NCBI RefSeq assembly: GCF_902158555.1 | Contig: NZ_CABGGS010000006.1 | Span: forward strand, 75,068 to 99,067 | DNA length: 24,000 nt | From: Klebsiella spallanzanii | GTDB taxonomy: Bacteria > Pseudomonadota > Gammaproteobacteria > Enterobacterales > Enterobacteriaceae | Reading direction: 5' to 3' | Shown here: positions 15,618 to 23,300 of the stretch, one piece after another | Layout: each line of letters starts with the position of its first letter | How positions within the stretch are numbered: the stretch's first letter is position 1 | Notes under the pieces: model-generated | Seen by the model: only the letters and a program-made list of their open reading frames with translations | The model's database searches: none | Told to the model about the DNA's origin: nothing | Position numbers and translations under genes: made by a program

Positions 15618-17362
15618 TGCTATCGGAACGCCAGTTAAAGGTCGCGGAGATTCTCGAACAGCAGCCCTGCCTGCTGGGCGAACTGGCGCGACAAACTGGC
15701 GTATCGAGCCGCACTATCCTGCGCGATATTGATTACCTCAACTTTACCTTCAGCGGTAAGGCCCGCATTCACCCCGGCGGCGGAGCGGGCTATCAGCTGG
15801 ATATTGTCGACCGGCGCGGCTATTTCCAGCTTTTACAACGTCATGATAATGATGACCGGTTGCTGGCGATATTACTGCTTAACCCATTTACTACCCGCGT
15901 GCAGCTCGCCGCGACGCTGAATTTACCGGAGACCTGGGTCGCCGACAGGTTGCCGCGCCTGAAGCAGCGCTACGCACGCGCCTTCTGCATCCAGAGCCGT
16001 CCCGGCGTCGGGTACTTTATTGATGAGCCTGAAGATAAGCGCATTATCCTGCTGGCGAATCTGCTGAAAAAAGATCCACTGTTGATTCCGCTGCCGGGCA
16101 TGACGCGCGAGAACATCGATCGGCTTCAGCAGGCCTGTGAAAATCTGCATGCTTTTGCGCTGGTTTCCGGGGAGTATCTCGCAAGCGTGGTGCTTGCCGT
16201 TTATGCCCTGCGCAACCAGCTCGTCGCCGCCTGGCCTGAGTATCAGCATAGTGCGCTTAACAATGCGGTGGAGCAGGCGGGAATTTATCTCGGTGGCGAG
16301 GCGTTCAGCACGCTGGTTGGTTTGTTAGAAATGCAGCAACAGCATACCGCTACGATTTCCGAAGAGGGCGTCGTGTCGCTGCTGAAATCCCTGCCCGGCG
16401 TTGCCCCGCTGAATATTATCGACGAACAGCTAGTCGAAAATATTACCGGTCACCTCCTGCGCTGCGTCGCCGCCCCGGTGTGGATCCCGGAGCATCGTCA
16501 GGGCAGCATGAATAACCTGAAGGCCGCCTGGCCCGCCGCCTTCGACATGAGCCTGCGTTTTATCGCCCGGCTTCGCGAACAGTTGGATATTCCTCTGTTC
16601 GACAGCGACCTGATTGGGCTCTATTTTGCCTGCGCTCTGGAGCGGCATCAGAACGAGCGCCAGCCGATTATTTTGCTCTCCGATCAGAACGCCATCGCCA
16701 CCATTAACCAGCAGGCGATTGAGCGAGACGTGTTGAACTGTCGAGTGATCATTGCACGTAGCGCAGGTGAAGTGAGCGCTATCAGCGAAGAAATCACCCC
16801 GCTGTTAATCATCAATAATAGCCACTATCTGCTTGATGACGCTTTAAAAAATGTTCTTACTATCAAAAACATTATCACCGCAGCCGGTACCGAGCAGATT
16901 AAAAACTTCCTCGCCACGGCCTTTATCCGCCAGCAGCCTGAGCGTTTCTTTTCACAGCAGGGCAGCTTCCATTACACTAATGTGTTGGGCGAAAGCTGGC
17001 AGGAGATTATCGGCCGGATCTGCGGACAGCTTGTGGCGCAGAACCATATCACCGAAGACGAGGCGCTGCGCATCTGCGCCAGGGAACATGAGGGTGAAAA
17101 CCTGATTGTGAATCATCTGGCGATCCCCCACTGCTGGAGCGAGCAGGAGCGCCGCTTTCGCGGATTCTTTATCACCCTCGCGTGCCCCGTGCAGGTCAAT
17201 AACGAGCCGGTCAGCCATGTGCTCATCGCCTGCGCCGCCGCCGATGCGCGGCATGAGTTAAAAATCTTCAGCTATTTATCCAGCGTGCTGTGCCGTCACC
17301 CGGCAGAGACCATTGCGGGGCTGGCCGGGTATGAAGCGTTTATTACGCTGCTCCGCCAGTAA
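15617..17362 (+). CDS. frvR: FrvR-type regulator: N-terminal HTH plus C-terminal PTS EIIA-2-like domain
   Basis: 581 aa. HTH LGELARQTGVSSRTILRDIDYLN is at the N-terminus, and the C-terminal region NHLAIPHCWSE resembles an EIIA-2 phosphorylation site. It has a TAATG overlap with frvX. Confidence 0.8.
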   Translation: MLSERQLKVAEILEQQPCLLGELARQTGVSSRTILRDIDYLNFTFSGKARIHPGGGAGYQLDIVDRRGYFQLLQRHDNDDRLLAILLLNPFTTRVQLAATLNLPETWVADRLPRLKQRYARAFCIQSRPGVGYFIDEPEDKRIILLANLLKKDPLLIPLPGMTRENIDRLQQACENLHAFALVSGEYLASVVLAVYALRNQLVAAWPEYQHSALNNAVEQAGIYLGGEAFSTLVGLLEMQQQHTATISEEGVVSLLKSLPGVAPLNIIDEQLVENITGHLLRCVAAPVWIPEHRQGSMNNLKAAWPAAFDMSLRFIARLREQLDIPLFDSDLIGLYFACALERHQNERQPIILLSDQNAIATINQQAIERDVLNCRVIIARSAGEVSAISEEITPLLIINNSHYLLDDALKNVLTIKNIITAAGTEQIKNFLATAFIRQQPERFFSQQGSFHYTNVLGESWQEIIGRICGQLVAQNHITEDEALRICAREHEGENLIVNHLAIPHCWSEQERRFRGFFITLACPVQVNNEPVSHVLIACAAADARHELKIFSYLSSVLCRHPAETIAGLAGYEAFITLLRQ

Positions 17363-17465
17363 ATCTCTGTAGATCTGTTTTCTCCCATAAAAAATGTGTG
17401 GCGATCTTCATCACATTCCAATCAAAACATAGTTTCATTTTTAATTCATGGCGTGGAAAGTACTC

Positions 17466-17499
17466 AGTGTCTAATAAAAACAGTAGTGTCTAGTGTCTA
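17466..17499. repeat. Three copies of AGTGTCTA (one isolated, two tandem) upstream of the EBP gene
   Basis: AGTGTCTA occurs at 17466-17473, 17485-17492 and 17492-17499, the last two overlapping by one base. They lie 45-78 bp upstream of the ATG at 17544. Confidence 0.5.
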
Positions 17500-17543
17500 A
17501 ATTAAATCGACGCTATTTTCTACTCTATGCGGAACACTGAAAA

Positions 17544-20147
17544 ATGGCGCTGTCGGCGAAAGAAAAGTTATTTCACAAAATACTCACCCATTATGCGCAG
17601 AAACCCGCGGGCTTCACGGCTCAGGACTGCGCGGACTTTATGCAGGTTAACCGCAGCGTCATCAGTCATTACCTCAACAGACTGTGCGACGATGGCCATC
17701 TCAGTAAAGAAAATACCCGCCCGGTCCGCTTCTTTGTGCAGCAAAATGGCGTAAAAAACGCGCAGGCGTCTCGCATAGTGTCGAAAAAGCACGATGCCTT
17801 TCAGCAGTTGATCGGCGCACAGGGCAGCCTGGCTGAAGCTATCGCGCTTTGTCGCTCGGCGGTGGATTATCCCGGCGACGGTCTGCCTGTCCTGCTCTCC
17901 GGAGAAAGCGGTGTCGGGAAAAGCCATCTGGCGGCGCTGATTTATCAATATGCCGTCGAGCGCAGCGTGATCGCGGCAGATAAACCCTTTGTGGAGCTTA
18001 ACTGTGCCGATTACGCCAACAACCCGGAGCTGCTTTCGGCGACGCTTTTCGGCTATACGCGCGGTGCGTTCACCGGGGCCGACCGCGAAAAGCGTGGGGC
18101 CTTTGATGATGCGGATGGCGGATTTCTGTTCCTCGATGAGGTCCATCGGCTATCAGCTGAGAACCAGGAAAAATTATTCCTGTTTATGGACAAAGGCTAT
18201 TTCTATCGTCTTGGCGATAACCGCACGCGCCATCCGGCGTCGCTGCGCTTTATCTTCGCCACCACGGAGAATATCGACACCGTCCTGCTCAACACCTTCC
18301 GCCGACGCATCCCGGTTCGCGTAACGCTGCCCAACTATATTTCGCGCCCGCTTACCGAGCGCGTCGCTCAGGTTAGCCATTTTTTGCATCAGGAAGCGCT
18401 CAGCCTGCGCCGAAATATCCATCTCGATAATCAGCTGATGCATCAGTGGGTCACCTCGCCGGTGCGCGGCAATATCGGTGAGTTAAAAAATCAGATCAAA
18501 GTGATGTGCGCCAGCGCCTGGAGCGATAATCGCGATGCCGACGTCATTACGCTACAAGACCACTCATCCGGCGGCGAAATAATTAGCATTACCGCCAACC
18601 CTCATGATGAAGTACTGAATGCCAGCCAACTGCTGCCAAAAGCGATGCGCGATGAGGTTATTTTTCGCGACTTTTGCCACAGCGGTAACGTGCTGTTACT
18701 GAATCGCAAAATGGAGCAATTGCTAACCACGGTTAGCGGCACGGTTGCCGCCGAGTCGCTGTACAGCGGTTATATCTGGCAGAACACCGTTCATGCCCTG
18801 GAGGAGCTGGAGAGTTTGACCGGCATCTCCTGTAGCCTGGAGATCCGCAAAGCCGTCTGGCTCTGCGTCAGCTATGCGCTGCATGCTCCTCAGGAGGCGG
18901 TTAAAGCTGGCGAACTGCAGGCGATTGCCGACTATGTTTCCGCAAAGGCGCGGCTGCTCGCCGAGGAGTGCCTCGCTTTGCTGAGCAAACATGTCACCCG
19001 CCAGCCGCTGCCCCTGCTGCTTCCGCTATTAAGCTGCGCTTTTCATACCCTGGCCGGTGAAGACGACCCCATTCAGGGCATTATCGTTTCCCACGGTCGC
19101 GCCACCGCATCGAGCATTGCCGGTATCGCCAATCAGTTGACCGGCGGCTACTACTTTAAAGCCTTCGATATGGCCAACGCGACCTCCACCAGAGAAATCA
19201 TCGACCTGCTGATCGCCCACGTTTCCCGCCTTAAGCAAGGAGCCGGGCTGATTATCCTGGTGGATATGGGATCGCTGAAAGAGATCTACGAAGAGATTAA
19301 GCTCCACCTGCATGGTGAACTGTTGGTTATCAACAACGTCAGCACCGCTATGGCGCTGGATATTGCCGCCAAAATTCAGGACAAGCTGTCGATGGAAGCG
19401 ATTATTGAGAGCGCCAAAGGGGCCTATGAGGTTGAAACTCGCTACTACGCCGGGATTTTACCGGGGAATAAAATCATTATCTCCTGCATCTCCGGCGAAG
19501 GGATCTCCCGCAAGCTGAAAGATATCGTCCAGCGATTTCTGGCGCAGGAAGAGATCGACATCATTACGATGGAGTATGACGATCTGAAATGGAAAATCGC
19601 CCACGCTGACCCGGCGCTGAACGGTACCAGGCTTATCATCACCACGACCGATCTGGAAGCGGGCTATATTCCACTGCTAAGCGTAGAGCAGTTGATTAAA
19701 GAAAAGTCGCTGGTGTTAAAACGCGATTACTTCAACGGGCTGCTGATGGAAGGTGGTCTGGAGCCGATGATTGACGAGGTAGTGAAGCTGTTTACCGTCG
19801 AAGGCGTCGCCAGCCGTCTCAACTTCCTCAATCCGGTGGTGATTATTGATGAAGTCGAAGCGGTGATTAAACAGTATGAATCCTTCTACAAAATCCATTT
19901 TGAAAGCTACCTGCGCATCAATCTGTTTATGCATATCGCGCTGATGATCGAGCGAGTGATGGTGAATAACGGCGTGCGCCATCGCGAAGAAGCGGGGCTG
20001 ACGCTGGAACAGCAGGCTTTCGTCGCCGTCCATGACACCTTTTTCCTGGCGCTGAACCGCAAATACAACATTACCCTGCCGCTCACCGAAGTGCTGATGA
20101 TTTATGAAATCATGGAGCCGTGGATCGCTTTTGACCCAAGCAATTAA
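17544..20147 (+). CDS. LevR-type sigma-54-dependent enhancer-binding protein (HTH, AAA+, PRD, EIIA-Man-like, EIIB-Gat-like, PRD)
   Basis: 867 aa. Walker A is LLSGESGVGKSHLA (nt 17901-17924). The sigma-54 contact loop GAFTGA is intact (nt 18063-18080). Walker B is FLFLDEVHRL. These are followed by GIIVSHGRATASS (EIIA-Man-type His, about residue 517), KIIISCISGEG (EIIB-like Cys, about residue 648) and a C-terminal PRD-like LFMHIALMIERV (His about residue 798). Confidence 0.85.
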   Translation: MALSAKEKLFHKILTHYAQKPAGFTAQDCADFMQVNRSVISHYLNRLCDDGHLSKENTRPVRFFVQQNGVKNAQASRIVSKKHDAFQQLIGAQGSLAEAIALCRSAVDYPGDGLPVLLSGESGVGKSHLAALIYQYAVERSVIAADKPFVELNCADYANNPELLSATLFGYTRGAFTGADREKRGAFDDADGGFLFLDEVHRLSAENQEKLFLFMDKGYFYRLGDNRTRHPASLRFIFATTENIDTVLLNTFRRRIPVRVTLPNYISRPLTERVAQVSHFLHQEALSLRRNIHLDNQLMHQWVTSPVRGNIGELKNQIKVMCASAWSDNRDADVITLQDHSSGGEIISITANPHDEVLNASQLLPKAMRDEVIFRDFCHSGNVLLLNRKMEQLLTTVSGTVAAESLYSGYIWQNTVHALEELESLTGISCSLEIRKAVWLCVSYALHAPQEAVKAGELQAIADYVSAKARLLAEECLALLSKHVTRQPLPLLLPLLSCAFHTLAGEDDPIQGIIVSHGRATASSIAGIANQLTGGYYFKAFDMANATSTREIIDLLIAHVSRLKQGAGLIILVDMGSLKEIYEEIKLHLHGELLVINNVSTAMALDIAAKIQDKLSMEAIIESAKGAYEVETRYYAGILPGNKIIISCISGEGISRKLKDIVQRFLAQEEIDIITMEYDDLKWKIAHADPALNGTRLIITTTDLEAGYIPLLSVEQLIKEKSLVLKRDYFNGLLMEGGLEPMIDEVVKLFTVEGVASRLNFLNPVVIIDEVEAVIKQYESFYKIHFESYLRINLFMHIALMIERVMVNNGVRHREEAGLTLEQQAFVAVHDTFFLALNRKYNITLPLTEVLMIYEIMEPWIAFDPSN

Positions 20148-20264
20148 CCCTTCGCGGCCAGCGTCGACTGGCCGCTCTCGACACTGCATAAGCGGGCAAT
20201 TCCAACACTGAAAACAGCGTCCAAAAAACAAATTTTATTCTTTAAAAACATACAAATAAAAACA

Positions 20265-20280
20265 TGGCACGCTGATTGCA
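20265..20280 (+). promoter_or_regulatory. Sigma-54 (RpoN) -24/-12 promoter TGGCAC-GCTGA-TTGCA
   Basis: Exact match to the TGGCAC-N5-TTGCW consensus. It lies 41 bp upstream of the EIIA-Man ATG and directly downstream of a sigma-54 EBP gene. It is preceded by a long A/T tract (20221-20262). Confidence 0.9.
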
Positions 20281-20320
20281 AAATCCCTGGCAGATACCTG
20301 AAAAGATTAAGGAACGCGAA

Positions 20321-20803
20321 ATGCGAGAGATGTACATCGCAACTCATGGCCGCTATGCCGAAGGGATTGTCTCAGCATTGAATTTGCTGATTGGTGACGA
20401 TCATGGCGTCACGCCTGTCTGCGCCTATTGCGGCGAAATTGGTTCGACAGCTGAACTGGCTACGCGCTTTGACGCTTTCGCCCGCCAGGCTGCCGGTCGC
20501 GGCAACGAACTGGTGCTGTTTACCGATATGCCCGGCGGCAGCGTCAACAATACCGCCGTGCAGATGATGGTCAAATATCCCCACGCTCACGTTATCAGCG
20601 GCGCCAACCTGATTATGTTGATGGAGTTTTGCATGTCGGAACATGCCGATACCGCGCAGCGGCTTCAGGATGCGGTTGCCGCCGCCAGTGGGGCGATGCA
20701 GTACATGAATCTGTTGCCAGAAATCATCTCGGCGCGCCAGGCAACGCAGCAGCAGACCCAGGACGATATTGACGATTTTTTTGCCGGGGAGGAAAACCTG
20801 TGA
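20321..20803 (+). CDS. PTS mannose-family EIIA component
   Basis: 160 aa from ATG at 20321, with TAAGGAA 6 nt upstream. MREMYIATHGRYAEG carries the EIIA-Man active-site His motif, and the tail is acidic and Q-rich. The track start at 20276 is a TTG inside the sigma-54 promoter and was rejected. Confidence 0.85.
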   Translation: MREMYIATHGRYAEGIVSALNLLIGDDHGVTPVCAYCGEIGSTAELATRFDAFARQAAGRGNELVLFTDMPGGSVNNTAVQMMVKYPHAHVISGANLIMLMEFCMSEHADTAQRLQDAVAAASGAMQYMNLLPEIISARQATQQQTQDDIDDFFAGEENL

Positions 20804-21978
20804 CTATCGCACTCGAAGTGCTTGATGCCCGTTACCTCACCTCTCAGCCGGGGTTAGATAATGTCTGGCTTAATGAGGCCATCAGTGAAGTTCTGATCCA
20901 ACTCGATGCCATGCTGCCGCGCTTTACGGCAACTTTTCCCGCCGCCAGCGCCACCGATGGGCGCTACGAAGACGTGGAAAAAGTCGACTGGACCGAGGGA
21001 TTCTGGACCGGGATGCTGTGGCTCGCCTGGGAAGTGACCGGCGATGAAAAATACCGCGCGGTGGCGGAAAGCCTGCTCGACAGCTTTGAAGAGCGGCTCG
21101 ATAAGCAGATCAAAGTGGATACCCACGACCTCGGCTTTCTCTATCTGCTCTCCTGCGTTAATGCCTGGAAGCTCACCGGCAACCTGCGCGCGCGCGAACT
21201 CGCCCTGCGCGCCGCCGAGCAGCTGTATCGCCGCTTTAACGCCACGGCGGGCGTGATTCAGGCATGGGGAGATTTAAACGACCCGGCGCGTCAGGGGCGG
21301 ATGATCATCGACTGCAACCTCAATGTCCCCCTGCTGTTTTGGGCTGCCAGTGAAACCGGAAATCAGCAGTGGCGCGAAGCCGCCAGCCGTCATCTGGCGC
21401 AGGCCGCACGCTACCTGGTGCGTGAAGACGCGTCGACCTTTCATACATTTTATCTGGATATAAACAGCGGCCAGCCGCTGCGCGGCGATACGCATCAGGG
21501 GTTCAGCGACAGCTCCTGCTGGTCGCGCGGTCAGGCGTGGGGAATTTACGGTTTCGCGCTGGGATATGCCCATACCGGCGATGCCTGGCAACCCGAGCTC
21601 TCTCGCCGCCTGGCACACTATTTTCTTAACCGCCTACCGGACGATTTTGTCTGCTACTGGGATCTGATCTTTACCGCTGAAGATAACCAGTATCGGGACA
21701 CATCTGCGGCGGCGATCGCCGCCTGCGGTCTGGCGGAATTGCTGAAGCTGCTGCCGCTAACCGACCCGCTGCGTCATGCCTACGCCAACGCTGTCGACTT
21801 GATGATGCGCAATTTACGCGAGCGCTACTTTGCCCACGCTCAGGACGGCCTGCTGCGCGAAGGCGTTTACAACTTTGGCCGCAATATGGGTATTAACGAA
21901 CCAAACCTCTGGGGCGATTATTTTTATTTCGAAGCCCTGGTTCGCCTTTCCCGCGTCTGGGCCCCCTACTTTTGCTAA
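20800..21978 (+). CDS. Glycoside hydrolase family 88 (unsaturated glucuronyl / unsaturated chondroitin disaccharide hydrolase); cytoplasmic
   Basis: 392 aa. GTG start with a GGGGAGGA Shine-Dalgarno and a GTGA overlap with the EIIA stop. GH88-like segments are present: DWTEGFWTGMLWLAW, DTHDLGFLYL, IIDCNLNVPLL, CWSRGQAWGIYGF and LWGDYFYFEAL. No signal peptide. Confidence 0.75.
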   Translation: MTIALEVLDARYLTSQPGLDNVWLNEAISEVLIQLDAMLPRFTATFPAASATDGRYEDVEKVDWTEGFWTGMLWLAWEVTGDEKYRAVAESLLDSFEERLDKQIKVDTHDLGFLYLLSCVNAWKLTGNLRARELALRAAEQLYRRFNATAGVIQAWGDLNDPARQGRMIIDCNLNVPLLFWAASETGNQQWREAASRHLAQAARYLVREDASTFHTFYLDINSGQPLRGDTHQGFSDSSCWSRGQAWGIYGFALGYAHTGDAWQPELSRRLAHYFLNRLPDDFVCYWDLIFTAEDNQYRDTSAAAIAACGLAELLKLLPLTDPLRHAYANAVDLMMRNLRERYFAHAQDGLLREGVYNFGRNMGINEPNLWGDYFYFEALVRLSRVWAPYFC

Positions 21979-21990
21979 CTGGAGCTACAC

Positions 21991-22488
21991 ATGATTTCTT
22001 TAGTACGTATTGACGATCGTTTGATCCACGGACAGGTTGCCGTGGTCTGGACCAAGCATCTGGGCGTGAACCGCATTCTGGTCGCCAATGACCAGATCGT
22101 GAATAACGAAGTGCAAAAAATGTCACTGCGCATGGCGGCTCCCGATACCGCCAAGTGCGCCATTATGGCGGTGAAAGATGCGGGCGATGTGCTTAACGAC
22201 CCGCGTTCAGAAGCCATGAAAATTATGGTGATCGTAAACAATTCTGCCGATGCCCGCCGTCTGGTCGAGCAGGTGTCGGGGATAAAAACCCTGAACGTCG
22301 CCAATTTTGGACGCATTACCGACAATTTGGCGGCGAAAAAGCGCATAAGTGACACCGTCTACGTGACGCCGGAAGATGTGGCGGATTTCCACGCCATCGC
22401 CGACCGCGGCGTGGCCGTTGAATATCAGGTCCTGCCTTCTCACCCGGTGAAAAACCTGATTGAGATGCTGGATAACGCCGCCAGCTAA
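21991..22488 (+). CDS. PTS mannose/sorbose-family EIIB component
   Basis: 165 aa. The N-terminal MISLVRIDDRLIHGQV is the canonical EIIB-Man phospho-His motif. GGAG Shine-Dalgarno. Confidence 0.9.
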   Translation: MISLVRIDDRLIHGQVAVVWTKHLGVNRILVANDQIVNNEVQKMSLRMAAPDTAKCAIMAVKDAGDVLNDPRSEAMKIMVIVNNSADARRLVEQVSGIKTLNVANFGRITDNLAAKKRISDTVYVTPEDVADFHAIADRGVAVEYQVLPSHPVKNLIEMLDNAAS

Positions 22489-22499
22489 GCGAGGTTGCT

Positions 22500-23300
22500 A
22501 TGTTAACGTCTGCATTACTTGTTGCGCTGGTGATGTATATCGCCAAATTCGCCGACCACACTCTAGGGCAACCGTTAATCGAACGACCGCTAATCTGCGG
22601 TGCGATGGTCGGCTTTGTGCTGGGTGATTTCGAACAGGGGATTATTATCGGCGCCACGCTGGAGCTCATTTTTCTTGGCACGATTACCATCGGCGGTTCC
22701 GTCCCGGCCGATCTGGCAGTAGGTTCGGTACTGGCGACCGCCTTCACTATCCTGACAAAAGCAGAACCTGCCGTCGCAGTGGCGCTGGCACTTCCCATCA
22801 GCCTGCTGGCGGTGTTCGTCTATCAGGTATTAAAACTGGTCTATACCGCGCTGGTCGAGAAATACGATGCATTGCTTGAAGAGGGGCGCGACCGCGCCGC
22901 GCTTGGCATCACGCTAGGTATGACGATGTTTTACGGCGTGCCGTTCGCGGTGCTGGCGTTCTTCGGCATTCTGTTCGGTACTGATGTGATCCGCAGTTTA
23001 GTGGAAAGCATTCCGGGTACGGTGATGCGTGGAATGACCGCCGTTGGGGGCATTTTACCTGCGCTGGGCTTCGCTATTCTTTTAAAAGCACTATGGAACC
23101 GCAATATTGCCGCCTTTTTCTTTATCGGCTTTGCGATGGCGGCCTATCTGCAACTGCCAATTATGGGCATCGCGATTATCGCTGCTTCCGTTGCCGTCTA
23201 TCTCTGTTTCAACGAATTCAACCAGTTGAAAGTGAACAAACAATCAGTAACCGCCGCCCCGGCATCGGTTGACGATAAGGATGGGTTCTTCAATGACTGA
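22500..23300 (+). CDS. PTS mannose-family EIIC component
   Basis: 266-aa polytopic membrane protein with the size and pattern of ManY/AgaC-type EIIC. Its stop overlaps the EIID start (ATGACTGA at 23293-23300). Confidence 0.85.
   Translation: MLTSALLVALVMYIAKFADHTLGQPLIERPLICGAMVGFVLGDFEQGIIIGATLELIFLGTITIGGSVPADLAVGSVLATAFTILTKAEPAVAVALALPISLLAVFVYQVLKLVYTALVEKYDALLEEGRDRAALGITLGMTMFYGVPFAVLAFFGILFGTDVIRSLVESIPGTVMRGMTAVGGILPALGFAILLKALWNRNIAAFFFIGFAMAAYLQLPIMGIAIIAASVAVYLCFNEFNQLKVNKQSVTAAPASVDDKDGFFND

Noticed and set aside
17393-17418. AATGTG...CACATT considered as a CRP site upstream of the EBP gene
   Set aside because: The spacing between TGTG and CACA is 14 nt, whereas a TGTGA-N6-TCACA site requires about 8 nt. 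It is kept only as an unexplained inverted repeat.
17568-18146. 192-aa minus-strand ORF, plus similar antisense ORFs at 14825-15271, 19716-20231, 21975-22355 and 22316-22798
   Set aside because: All are antisense to strongly supported genes (the EBP, frvX, EIIB-Man and EIIC-Man). None has a ribosome-binding site or recognisable domain signatures.
21611-21626. Additional TGGCAC motifs at 21611-21616 and 22786-22791 as possible internal sigma-54 promoters
   Set aside because: Neither has the TTGC -12 element at the required spacing (TTTCT and ATCAG instead), and both lie inside coding sequence.
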